A model generated the notes under the pieces. It saw only the letters and a list, made by a program, of their open reading frames with translations, was not told the origin of the DNA and made no database searches. Positions 54,566 through 63,381 of a stretch of DNA of 63,381 nt are shown in pieces. Made by a program: the position numbers and the translations under genes. The DNA is taken from the NCBI GenBank assembly GCA_041665085.1, contig JBAYJO010000005.1, forward strand, positions 1-63,381, given 5' to 3'. Position 1 is the first letter of the stretch; the number at the start of each line of letters is the position of its first letter. This DNA comes from Patescibacteria group bacterium. GTDB taxonomy: Bacteria; Patescibacteriota; UBA1384; JBAYJO01.

Positions 54566-54937
54566 TTAGATTTCGTTGATCTCTTTTTTATCGCTAGTTG
54601 TTTGATTGGTTTCTTCAGGTGCAGGTTTGGCATTTTTTGCTAGCTGGTACTCTTTTTGGCGTTTTGCAAAACAATTTTCGCATAAAATTAAATCATTTTT
54701 ATTTTTAGGTAGGTAAGAAATTTCTCCTTCAACTCCGCATTCTTTACATTTTATCGGGGATGAAACTTTGAATTTATGTTTTTCTTTGTATAAAATTCGG
54801 CATTTTTCGCAACGAGTCGGAACATTTTTTAAGCCTTTTTCACTAAAAAAATTTTGTTCATTGGCTGTCCAGATGAAATTTTTTCCGCATTCTCGACAAA
54901 TTAATTTTTTTTCGGTGAATTGTTGTTTTTTGCTCAT
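54566..54937 (-). CDS. Zinc-ribbon protein (repeated CxxC...CxxC modules)
   Basis: CRECGKNF.WTANEQNFF..KGL...PTRCEKCR, then CKECG...CENC. This pattern fits the 'probable zinc-ribbon' small-protein family. Confidence 0.55.
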   Translation of the reverse strand: MSKKQQFTEKKLICRECGKNFIWTANEQNFFSEKGLKNVPTRCEKCRILYKEKHKFKVSSPIKCKECGVEGEISYLPKNKNDLILCENCFAKRQKEYQLAKNAKPAPEETNQTTSDKKEINEI

Positions 54938-54994
54938 GATTCAATTTTACTCTTGACCAGTTGCCTTGTCAAAGAGATATGGTACATTAAATCT

Positions 54995-55633
54995 ATGCTA
55001 GAATTATTTTTTAAACAAATTAAACAAGGAACTTACGCTCATGCTTATTTATTTATTGGAGCCAGCGCGGAGATTCAGCAACAAATTATCGAGTCTTTTG
55101 AAGCTGGCATTTCCGAGATAGAAATTGTGGATGATGGGAAAATAGAATCTGTTAGAAATATTAAGAATTTTTTGTCTTCAAGACCAATTCGAGGTGATAT
55201 TAAATTGGTTGCAGTGAAAAATGCAGAAGTCTTGTCCATACCGGCCCAAAATAGTTTGCTAAAAATATTGGAAGAACCTCCAAAATATGGAGTTTTATTA
55301 TTATTTTCTAAAAATTCAGATTTAATGCTTGATACTATTAAATCAAGATGCCAAACTGTGAACTTGAAAAAAATGGTTAAAAAATATGATTTTTCTGAAA
55401 TTATTAATCTAAGAACAATGACACTGGCTGAAAAATTTAAAAAAGCAGAAAAATGGGCAAAAAATGATGATTTAACCGATTTGCTAAATTCGTGGTTAAG
55501 CTATTTTCATTCTTTAATAACTGAAGAGAAAGATGTTATTAGAATTATTAGAAATATTCAAGAAGCAAAAGCTGACCTTGCAACTAATGTTAATAAAAGA
55601 TTGCTTCTTGAGAAAATTTTACTAGACTTTTAG
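54995..55633 (+). CDS. holB: DNA polymerase III delta' subunit (short form)
   Basis: HAYLFIG, then N.EVLSIPAQNSLLKILEEPP...LLLF and TIKSRCQ, which are the clamp-loader delta' blocks. Confidence 0.75.
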   Translation: MLELFFKQIKQGTYAHAYLFIGASAEIQQQIIESFEAGISEIEIVDDGKIESVRNIKNFLSSRPIRGDIKLVAVKNAEVLSIPAQNSLLKILEEPPKYGVLLLFSKNSDLMLDTIKSRCQTVNLKKMVKKYDFSEIINLRTMTLAEKFKKAEKWAKNDDLTDLLNSWLSYFHSLITEEKDVIRIIRNIQEAKADLATNVNKRLLLEKILLDF

Positions 55634-55685
55634 GTTAGAATAGATTAATATAGTAGCGAATCCGAGAGTATAAAATGGAGGTAAC

Positions 55686-56573
55686 TTGTTTGTAGAAATA
55701 TTAATTTTTGTTGCACTGGCTGGAATAATAATTATTATTGGACGAAAAATCCCTGCGTTTAAAAATAGAACGGATAATTTTAAGGATATTATTCCTAAGA
55801 GTACTAATTTTTTTAATAAAAAAGAGAAACCAATGATTTCTGATGATGATTTTTCTAGGCATCAAAAAATGAATAAATCATCAGAAAAAAATGATGACAA
55901 AGAAATTGATGAGCTGCTGAAAAATATTGATTTTAATGAGGATGGTAATAGTGATTTTTGGGAGCCGTCATTTTTTGATGAAGCCGGCTCGAATAAAATC
56001 AGCACAGAAGAAAAAGTAGATGTTAAAGAATCAAAAAAATTTAAGGCATTGATAAAAGATATTCCTGATCAGGATTTGGAAAAGAAAAAAATTGAATCAA
56101 TTGATGAAAAAAAATCTTTAGTTGAACCTGCAAAAGATGAGAAAAAATATGAACCAAAAGAAGAAGCTTTTTCTCCAAAGAGAAATTTGCCTAAAGTCCC
56201 TTTAAGTATTGGTTTGACAACCGATTTAACTTTGCGCGATCTATTGCTTCAAGCAAATAATTCGTTTGCAGCCAAAAATTATCATACAGCTGAAGAATTT
56301 TATATTAAAGCAGCTTCGCTTGATCCGAACAATCCAAGTATTTATTCAAGACTTGGAGTAATTTATTTAACTCAAGGAAAATATGCAGATGCAAAAGAGT
56401 CTCTGAAATTCGCTATAAATTTAGATGGATCGAATGCTACATTGTATTATAATTTGTCAGTTACTTGTATTAAACTTGGCGAGCGAGATGAGGCAGTTGG
56501 ATATTTGAAGAAATGTGTGGCTCTTGAGCCGGATAATCAAAAATATCACGATGTACTAAAGCAGATCGTTTGA
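55686..56573 (+). CDS. Membrane-anchored TPR-repeat protein
   Basis: A TTG start after ggaggt, an N-terminal TM, an acidic/Lys-rich linker, and three to four C-terminal TPR units (AEEFYIKAASLDPNN..., YADAKESLKFAINLD..., DEAVGYLKKCVALEPDN). Confidence 0.65.
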   Translation: MFVEILIFVALAGIIIIIGRKIPAFKNRTDNFKDIIPKSTNFFNKKEKPMISDDDFSRHQKMNKSSEKNDDKEIDELLKNIDFNEDGNSDFWEPSFFDEAGSNKISTEEKVDVKESKKFKALIKDIPDQDLEKKKIESIDEKKSLVEPAKDEKKYEPKEEAFSPKRNLPKVPLSIGLTTDLTLRDLLLQANNSFAAKNYHTAEEFYIKAASLDPNNPSIYSRLGVIYLTQGKYADAKESLKFAINLDGSNATLYYNLSVTCIKLGERDEAVGYLKKCVALEPDNQKYHDVLKQIV

Positions 56574-56748
56574 TTGTTGCTTAAAGATATTTATTATATA
56601 CTATATATAGTAAGCTATTTTGTATGGAGGGATTGTGGAAAAAAAAGCTGGTTTTTGTTTTAAATTAGGATATATTTTATGTTTTTATAAGACTACAATT
56701 ATGTAAGTCTTTTTTTGTAAATAACCGATTGAATTAAATGGATTGATA

Positions 56749-59700
56749 ATGTTTAAATCAAAAAAAACTAATATTAAAATATCTCTGATTCTATTTTTTG
56801 CTGTTGCATTTACTGGTTTTTATATTAAAGCATTAAATTTTTCAGCTGAAGAAGAACCGCCTTCAGGACAAACGCAGGTGGCAAATATAACAAATAATGG
56901 TGATTCATATGAAGGAAGTACTACTGCTTCTCCGAATATCCCAAAATATGAAAAGTTTGAACTTACTTTCGATATTAATCGTTTAAATGCTCCCGACGGG
57001 GATGTATTGCATAATCTTAATAATGAGATTGTTAGCGGTTTTATTAATCCTTATTGGCCATACGACCCAGACCCTGTATCAAATCAGTATAGCATATGGA
57101 ATTCTACTTCTGAATATAATATGTATGCTCGGGTCAAAAAAGATGAGGTGATTTATGAAGCAATAAAAAAAGTTTTAATTACGGATCATATCACACCGGG
57201 TGAAGGCTCTACTTGGACCGATTTTTGGAAGCCAAATCCAGGCGATCCAATTTCCGCTGGTAAGGGGATTACTGTTGAGGGTAGATTTTCAAATGATAAC
57301 TGGGCAACCACACTGGTTCAACCCGCCTTTTATTATGTTGACTATTCAATTATTAAACCTCTAAATCCTGCGAATGCTAGTGAACGAGATAAGATCTATC
57401 CTTCCGGTACTCCTGTGTGGAAAATTCGCTTTGCCACCGAAACGGCCGGTAACTGGCAATATCAGATTTATATTCGCGATATTACCGGAGCTACAGTTTA
57501 TTCAAATGAAAGTTTAGCCTTTGCTGTAAATAATAATGCAATTAGTCGGGGATTTGTTAAGGTTAGTGATGATAAAAGATATTTCGAGACTTCAGATGGT
57601 CAGTATTTAAATTTGGTCGGTGGAACCAACACAATGAACTATTCTAAAGAGCCGACAAATATGGATACTTATTTTGCATTAGCAAAAGAGAGGGGCGTAA
57701 ATTTTATTCGTCCATGGTGGCAGAGTTCTCAAGGGCCTGCTCTTTTTGGTATGACAAACACATCCGGCCAATTTTATGAATCGCATTGGAGTGCCACAGA
57801 CGGTGGCAGAACAGGAGGAACTACCGGTGATTTTTATAAACCAAATTTGGCTTCTGGTACTGATAATGTCAGACCTGGTGATTTATTCTCATTTCAGATA
57901 AATAGTAAAGGCAGCATTGGTACTACAATCGACATTAAACCAAGCACAAGTTATTATTACAAAATTGTATACAAAACAAAAGATCTTGTTGGCGGTGGAG
58001 TTAATATGATCGCATGTGATAACAGTTGTGCTGTTTTGACAGGTTCGACTACTGGTACTGATTGGCTAACCCAAGAAGGGGATTTTGCAAGTTTAGCAGA
58101 TCAATATGGCGTTACTCTTAAAGTAGAAAATGCTTCAACTGTTACTGCGGGACAGACCAATATTGCAGAAATTTCAGTAAAGGAAATTTTGGGAGAAAAT
58201 ACTTATGGTCCGGAATTGGTAAATCGGCCCAATCCCAATGCCCAAAATTATATTTCTCAATATGAGGCATGGAAAGCCGATTATATGCTAAATGCGGCAA
58301 AGGAAAATGATATTTATTTAAAAATTGTTCTTGAGGCAAAAGAAGATGGTATTTTTTGTCGCATTAAAGCGGATGGAACTGTCGGTCCGTATGACAACAG
58401 TTCAAATTATCTTTATGGCGAAGTTGCTGATAGTGCTAGTGCCAATCGTGTTTACCAGACATATTATTGGCGCTATATCGCTGCCCGCTATGGTTACTCA
58501 TCTAATGTTCATTCTTTTGAGCTTTTTAATGAAACAGATCCTACTAACGGCAATGTTAGCGCAACTATGTATGCTTTTGCCAGTTATTTTAATTATCAAG
58601 GTTTCCCTGTTAAAAATCTTACTTCAAGCTCATTCTCTCAATATCTTTACAATTTAAGGTTTCAAGATCCACTTAGCTATATTGATTGGCATAACTATGT
58701 TTCAGATTCAAATCCGTATGGAGGTAGTTGGGAACCTATTTATCTTCTTGGTTGGAGAAATTGGGCTCCATATCAAAATGTAAATTACTCCGGATTAGCT
58801 TTTAATAAAGGTCAATATATGCTGAAAAATGACGAGGGGCTTTATGGATCTCCGTATTATAAAAGTACATTTGGTACAAGTGTTCAGGCGGGTTCTTGGC
58901 CAATTCCTATTGCCCCAAATAACAATTACACTTTAAGTTGGCAGGTTAAAGGCAATATTCGAAATCCAGAACCTTCCGATCCTGCTTATCCCGTAGAAGC
59001 AGGCGGAATTGGCGGAGGTGTTTATAAATCAAACAATAGCGGTGAAACATGGAATTATGTTACAGGAAATACAGAGCCAGCTCGTTTTGTATCTAAAATA
59101 GCATTTGATGATTCTGGAAATTTATATGCAACAACAAGAGATATTACCGGATTGGAAGTTGGAATATATAAGCTTCCAAACGGCACAAATAGTTGGGTTC
59201 CATTACGAGCAGATAGTGGTTTTGCTTATTTCACCTCCATAGCAATAGATGGTGATAATATTTTCTTGGGCGGGGCTTTGGGCGAACCTGGATATTTATA
59301 TCGTTCAACCGATCAGGGGGATACTTTTGAAGTAATTGATGTTGTTGCTCTTAGTCTTCCGAGAATTACTACAATGGTAATTGATACTGTATCCAAAGAT
59401 GTCTATATGGGAACAAATGGCAAAGGAGTCTATAAATCTACTGACAATGGAAGCACGTGGACGCAATTAAACACAACAACACTCGGTCTTGGATTAACTA
59501 TAAACAAATTACATTTTTATGGTGGTGTTCTTTATGCCGCTACTAATATTGGTATTTTTACTTTTAACGGCACTGTTTGGACAAAGCTTTCCACGGGCGG
59601 ACTTGTTAAGGCGTGGGCAAATGATTTTGTGGTCAATGGAGATGGAGACATTATTGCAAACTTTGATTTTGCCGAAGGATTTTTCCGGTTAAATAATGGA

Positions 59701-61536
59701 GAAACAACATGGACAGAGATAAACAATGGTGTAGAAAGTCGCTATGCAACAAGTATGGCTTACGATAATAATGGAGTTCTCTATGCTACAACTACAAGTC
59801 ATCTTTTGAAAACAACTGATGATGGAAATAATTGGACTGTAATATCTAGTACTCCTTCAAGAATGCTTACTTCGATTGCTTTTGATTCCAGTAATAACTT
59901 ATATGTTTCTGCTAACAGACCTCAACAGGATACCGGTACCTCCGGTTTCGCAGATGTTGATTTATTACTGCAAAACTCATGGGCTGAACATATTACCCTT
60001 GGAACTTATGGAAATTCAAAAACAATCCCAGATAATCTATCTTCTCACTATTTGCCATCAGAAAGTAGTTCTTCATATATTGATAAAAGTATTACTTTTG
60101 ATACCCATGATTCACCTCTTAACCCAAGTACTTGGCAATACAATTATGATCGGCCATGGTATCTGGTTTTGAATCCGACAATAAATTCTGCTGTTGGAGA
60201 GGTATACTTTAGGGATTTTAAGCTCCATAACAATACCACCGATGAAGATGTCATTGTTCCTAATGGTAGTTTTGATGACGGTCGGGTTGACTATGATTCC
60301 GCGCTTTTGTCATATTTTTATGGTTCAGCTTTAGGCGTCCCCCCTTATAGAGTTGTAAATAAACCCATTATTGTGGGTGAATCTGGATTGCAGGTTCCTA
60401 AAGACAGTAATATTGAATATGACACTGACTATACTTGGTACAAGAAATTTATTTGGGGGCACATTAATCCTTATGGCGTTACTAGTATTTATTGGGATCA
60501 AGGCTTTGCTGCTCTAGAAAACGACAAGGGGAATGGCTATATAAATTCGCTTAAGTATGCCTCTGCTTATCAAAGTTTTTTGAGCGGTATAAATTTATCA
60601 AATGGAAAATATAAAGATATTTCCGCAACAGTTTCCGATTCTAGTTCTCTCCGCGCTTGGGGACAAAAGGAAATAACTGACGGTAAAGCCGACAAAGCGC
60701 ACCTTTGGATTGACAATAAAGCCTATACATGGAAAGCTGTTGCCGATCATAATTTCGACCCTGCGCCACATGCTAGTGGACTAACGAGCTGGACCAGAAC
60801 ATACTTTATTGGAGAGATTTGTGCTAATGCCGATAAAACCAAAGTTTATAAATCATTAAAGGATAATAATCTTCACCACGCAGTAACCGAAACGGATTGG
60901 TGGCAATTTGTACGCGATTGGCAGCCTTCCGATAATCCAGCTTTGCCTGCCCCAGTCTCCGGTATGATTACTATCCCAAACATGAAAGACGGTACTTATC
61001 ACTTGAAGTGGTACAATACTTCTACTGGGGATATTGACCACGAAGAAGAACTTTCCACTTCGAATTCTAATTTAAATATTTCTGTGACGGATTTAGTTTC
61101 AGATGTTGCTCTTAAGGTGGAATTCAAAGAAATTACTCCGGTAGAATCTACCCTTTCAAAATTATATACTTATAAATCGAAATACAAGATAAATGGAACA
61201 AAATCATCTGAAGTTACAAAAGTATTGGTAAATGGGCAAGAAGCAATTATTGATGGTAATAATTGGAATATTGAACTTGAACTTGCAATTGGATTAACGC
61301 AGATTAGTGCTGTTGGCCAGGATCAATTTGGAAATAGTTCAAAACCGGCAATTTATAATTTAATGAGACGAAAAGCAGGTGATGCGAATGATGATACTTT
61401 TGTTGATATTTTAGATTTTGGTTCATTATTGAATGATTGGAATAAAGTTGATGTAGTTAGTGACTCTGATTACAATGAAGATAATAAAGTAAATATTAAT
61501 GATTTTGCAATTTTGATGTTTAATTGGAATAAATAA
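56749..61536 (+). CDS. Giant secreted protein: DUF5060-like Ig domain, clan GH-A-like TIM barrel split by a BNR/Asp-box beta-propeller, Ig-like domain, C-terminal dockerin
   Basis: A signal/TM sequence and PKYEKFELTFDI (DUF5060-like). GH5-like acid/base and nucleophile contexts appear as FELFNETDP and IIVGESG. There are at least five Asp-box repeats (SNNSGETW, STDQGDTF, STDNGSTW, NNGETTW, TTDDGNNW). Two dockerin Ca-loops close the protein (GDANDDTFVDILD, DYNEDNKVNIND). Confidence 0.6.
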   Translation: MFKSKKTNIKISLILFFAVAFTGFYIKALNFSAEEEPPSGQTQVANITNNGDSYEGSTTASPNIPKYEKFELTFDINRLNAPDGDVLHNLNNEIVSGFINPYWPYDPDPVSNQYSIWNSTSEYNMYARVKKDEVIYEAIKKVLITDHITPGEGSTWTDFWKPNPGDPISAGKGITVEGRFSNDNWATTLVQPAFYYVDYSIIKPLNPANASERDKIYPSGTPVWKIRFATETAGNWQYQIYIRDITGATVYSNESLAFAVNNNAISRGFVKVSDDKRYFETSDGQYLNLVGGTNTMNYSKEPTNMDTYFALAKERGVNFIRPWWQSSQGPALFGMTNTSGQFYESHWSATDGGRTGGTTGDFYKPNLASGTDNVRPGDLFSFQINSKGSIGTTIDIKPSTSYYYKIVYKTKDLVGGGVNMIACDNSCAVLTGSTTGTDWLTQEGDFASLADQYGVTLKVENASTVTAGQTNIAEISVKEILGENTYGPELVNRPNPNAQNYISQYEAWKADYMLNAAKENDIYLKIVLEAKEDGIFCRIKADGTVGPYDNSSNYLYGEVADSASANRVYQTYYWRYIAARYGYSSNVHSFELFNETDPTNGNVSATMYAFASYFNYQGFPVKNLTSSSFSQYLYNLRFQDPLSYIDWHNYVSDSNPYGGSWEPIYLLGWRNWAPYQNVNYSGLAFNKGQYMLKNDEGLYGSPYYKSTFGTSVQAGSWPIPIAPNNNYTLSWQVKGNIRNPEPSDPAYPVEAGGIGGGVYKSNNSGETWNYVTGNTEPARFVSKIAFDDSGNLYATTRDITGLEVGIYKLPNGTNSWVPLRADSGFAYFTSIAIDGDNIFLGGALGEPGYLYRSTDQGDTFEVIDVVALSLPRITTMVIDTVSKDVYMGTNGKGVYKSTDNGSTWTQLNTTTLGLGLTINKLHFYGGVLYAATNIGIFTFNGTVWTKLSTGGLVKAWANDFVVNGDGDIIANFDFAEGFFRLNNGETTWTEINNGVESRYATSMAYDNNGVLYATTTSHLLKTTDDGNNWTVISSTPSRMLTSIAFDSSNNLYVSANRPQQDTGTSGFADVDLLLQNSWAEHITLGTYGNSKTIPDNLSSHYLPSESSSSYIDKSITFDTHDSPLNPSTWQYNYDRPWYLVLNPTINSAVGEVYFRDFKLHNNTTDEDVIVPNGSFDDGRVDYDSALLSYFYGSALGVPPYRVVNKPIIVGESGLQVPKDSNIEYDTDYTWYKKFIWGHINPYGVTSIYWDQGFAALENDKGNGYINSLKYASAYQSFLSGINLSNGKYKDISATVSDSSSLRAWGQKEITDGKADKAHLWIDNKAYTWKAVADHNFDPAPHASGLTSWTRTYFIGEICANADKTKVYKSLKDNNLHHAVTETDWWQFVRDWQPSDNPALPAPVSGMITIPNMKDGTYHLKWYNTSTGDIDHEEELSTSNSNLNISVTDLVSDVALKVEFKEITPVESTLSKLYTYKSKYKINGTKSSEVTKVLVNGQEAIIDGNNWNIELELAIGLTQISAVGQDQFGNSSKPAIYNLMRRKAGDANDDTFVDILDFGSLLNDWNKVDVVSDSDYNEDNKVNINDFAILMFNWNK

Positions 61537-61573
61537 ATATTTTAAATATAATTCGATTTTTTTAAGGAGGAAG

Positions 61574-62560
61574 ATGGAAAAAAGAAAGTTGTTTAAGTAT
61601 TATGGGTTCGGTTTTTTTATACTTGCAGGAGGGATTTTATTAATTAGTCAATATAAAAATTTAGAAATGAGTGCTTACGAAGAAAATTCTAGTGGAGAAA
61701 TCATAAACACGGCCACGCTTACCTACAACGACAGCTTGGGCCAGCCAAGAACCATTCAAAGCTATCCGATCAAGTTGACTAAAACCACAAGTGAGGTGGC
61801 TCCGGTTTTCCCAACAGGATCTACTCTGGTTATTCATATGCCTCATGGCAATGAAGCAGTTTATGTGGTTACATGGCCGGCAGCTATCGGAACAGTTACT
61901 CGATATCATGTGAATGCTACATATGAAGGATGGGAGAATCCCGATGAAGACTTTCCCTCAACTGCCCGATATGCAGAATTTTGTGATAATGGCCAATGTA
62001 TAATTGGGAATCCTTACACTGTTACCGTCACTGCTTACAACGGATCAATGGCATCTTTGCCACTAACATTGTTCGGTACAGCCCCAACATACCCAGATGA
62101 TTGGACTCCTTCATCTTTCCCAGACGAATCTGCTTCTTCTTCAACTGCCACCGAAACCATTACTGCAGTTAATTCAAACACTAGCTCTTCAAATTCTGAT
62201 AATACCAACACAAATACTTCAGCCTCTACTGAAACCGCAGCAACCGGAAATACTGTTTTTGGCATTTTAAAAGAATCTGCCACGCCAAATTCTCCAATTA
62301 CTGATTCAAAGATTGTTGTAAAAGATTTTAGTGGAAAAAAAATCGCTGAGACAACAACGGATCAAAATGGAGCCTATACTATAAAAACTGATTTATCAAC
62401 CGGACAATATAAAATGGAAATCAGTAAGCCTGGTTATGCTACAGTCAAAAAGGATGTTTCGTTGAATCAAAACGTATCGGCAGATCTTCAGCTTAAAAAA
62501 CAATCAAAGATCGTGACTTGGTTCAAAAACCTTTGGCAAAAAATAACCGGCGTGAAATAG
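61574..62560 (+). CDS. Secreted protein with an FN3-like domain, S/T/N-rich linker and a CarboxypepD_reg-like domain
   Basis: An SD (aaggagg) and an N-terminal TM. The C-terminal region is ITDSKIVVKDFSGKKIAETTTDQNGAYTIK..LSTGQYKMEISKPGYATV, typical of the carboxypeptidase regulatory-like fold. Confidence 0.55.
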   Translation: MEKRKLFKYYGFGFFILAGGILLISQYKNLEMSAYEENSSGEIINTATLTYNDSLGQPRTIQSYPIKLTKTTSEVAPVFPTGSTLVIHMPHGNEAVYVVTWPAAIGTVTRYHVNATYEGWENPDEDFPSTARYAEFCDNGQCIIGNPYTVTVTAYNGSMASLPLTLFGTAPTYPDDWTPSSFPDESASSSTATETITAVNSNTSSSNSDNTNTNTSASTETAATGNTVFGILKESATPNSPITDSKIVVKDFSGKKIAETTTDQNGAYTIKTDLSTGQYKMEISKPGYATVKKDVSLNQNVSADLQLKKQSKIVTWFKNLWQKITGVK

Positions 62561-62569
62561 GAGGACAAA

Positions 62570-63381
62570 ATGAAAAAACGATTTTCCAAAATTGCAATTG
62601 GTTTTTTAGCCCTGCTAATGGTAGCTTCTCTCGGTTGGTTTGGGTATAACTCTTTTAATACTAATAATGTACCCTTGGCCAAAGCTATGCTAAGTCCAAT
62701 ACCAAATCCCTCGATACTTGGTTTTTTGCCCGATGTAGGAACAGTAAATGATGTCGTTCTCTCGAGTGATGGCAATACCGCTTATCTTGCCTCCGATCCA
62801 TTTGGTGTAGTTGCAGTAGATGTTTCAAACCCTGCAGCAATGAAAGTACTTGCTTCGCAAAAACCATTTGGAGCTTCGAATCAAGTTAATATTTCGCCTG
62901 ATGGGAAATTGGCTGTAGCGGTTCAGACTCCTCGAGGTACGGACATTGTAGACATATCAAATCCAACGGAATTTAAAGTATTATCTTCTATTGCCGGAAC
63001 TTCATCAGATGCTGTCATCTCTGGATCAACTCTTTATCTTGCAATTGGCGGGGAAGTAAAAATTTATAATATTTCCAACCCTGCTTCCCCAAATCTTCTT
63101 TCGACTATAACTACTCCAGGAAGCACTCAAGGTCTTGCCATCTCTGGTACCAATCTCTTGATTGCTGATGGCTCCTCCGGTTTTGAAATAGCTAATGTTT
63201 CTATTCCAGCCAATCCAAGTATTATTGGTTCATTAAGCCTTGGTGGCGGATCGGCTAGAAAAATTACCTGCGAAGGAAACAATGCGTATATTGCCAACTC
63301 AACTTTAATGAAATTACAGATCATAAATTTTTCTACACCTTCTGCGCCTATTTTAGCTTCAGAGCTAAATACAAGCTCTGC
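62570..63381 (+). CDS. LVIVD-repeat-like beta-propeller surface protein (3' end outside the window)
   Basis: The ATG follows aggagg, and the frame stays open to the window end, so it is not in the ORF track. It has a signal peptide, then repeats of the type NTAYLA..FGVVAVDVSNPA..KVL, GTDIVDISNPTEFKVL, VKIYNISNPASPNLL and GFEIANVSIPANPSII. Confidence 0.6.
   Translation, partial: MKKRFSKIAIGFLALLMVASLGWFGYNSFNTNNVPLAKAMLSPIPNPSILGFLPDVGTVNDVVLSSDGNTAYLASDPFGVVAVDVSNPAAMKVLASQKPFGASNQVNISPDGKLAVAVQTPRGTDIVDISNPTEFKVLSSIAGTSSDAVISGSTLYLAIGGEVKIYNISNPASPNLLSTITTPGSTQGLAISGTNLLIADGSSGFEIANVSIPANPSIIGSLSLGGGSARKITCEGNNAYIANSTLMKLQIINFSTPSAPILASELNTSS

Overview
The window is visibly AT-rich, with short, much more GC-rich islands (judged by eye, not computed). 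It reads as a Candidate Phyla Radiation (Patescibacteria)-type bacterial chromosome using the standard genetic code. It opens inside a DDE transposase fragment followed by a structured non-coding tail, then clpP.

Next is an rRNA locus whose canonical order (16S, tRNA-Ile, tRNA-Ala, 23S, 5S) is kept but stretched by about 6.7 kb of protein genes. The 16S gene carries a roughly 160-nt helix-6 insertion. The 23S gene spans about 7 kb and holds four AT-rich hairpin insertions plus five group I introns. Four of these introns encode LAGLIDADG endonucleases, and three are packed so tightly that they leave 14-nt and 20-nt micro-exons.

The rest is housekeeping:
- histidine phosphatase, MBL hydrolase, a PspC/LiaF-like pair, EndoQ, fpg, ispD, ispE, recO, glyQS
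- a reduced dcw cluster: mraZ-rsmH-ftsL-ftsI-mraY-uppS-murD-ftsW-murG-murB-ftsQ
- recJ, radA, PBP1A, tyrS, tRNA-Pro, an M50 protease, rpmB, holB
- a surface-protein cluster that includes a 1.6k-aa glycosidase-like/BNR/dockerin protein

The signals most worth follow-up:
- several dispersed structured repeat families, some shared between rRNA insertions and intergenic DNA, one showing compensatory stem changes
- eight GC-rich orphan single-gene islets, each with its own promoter, SD and hairpin terminator
- in-frame GC-rich palindromic insertions inside fpg
- a GIY-YIG gene lodged in a duplicated tRNA-Ala
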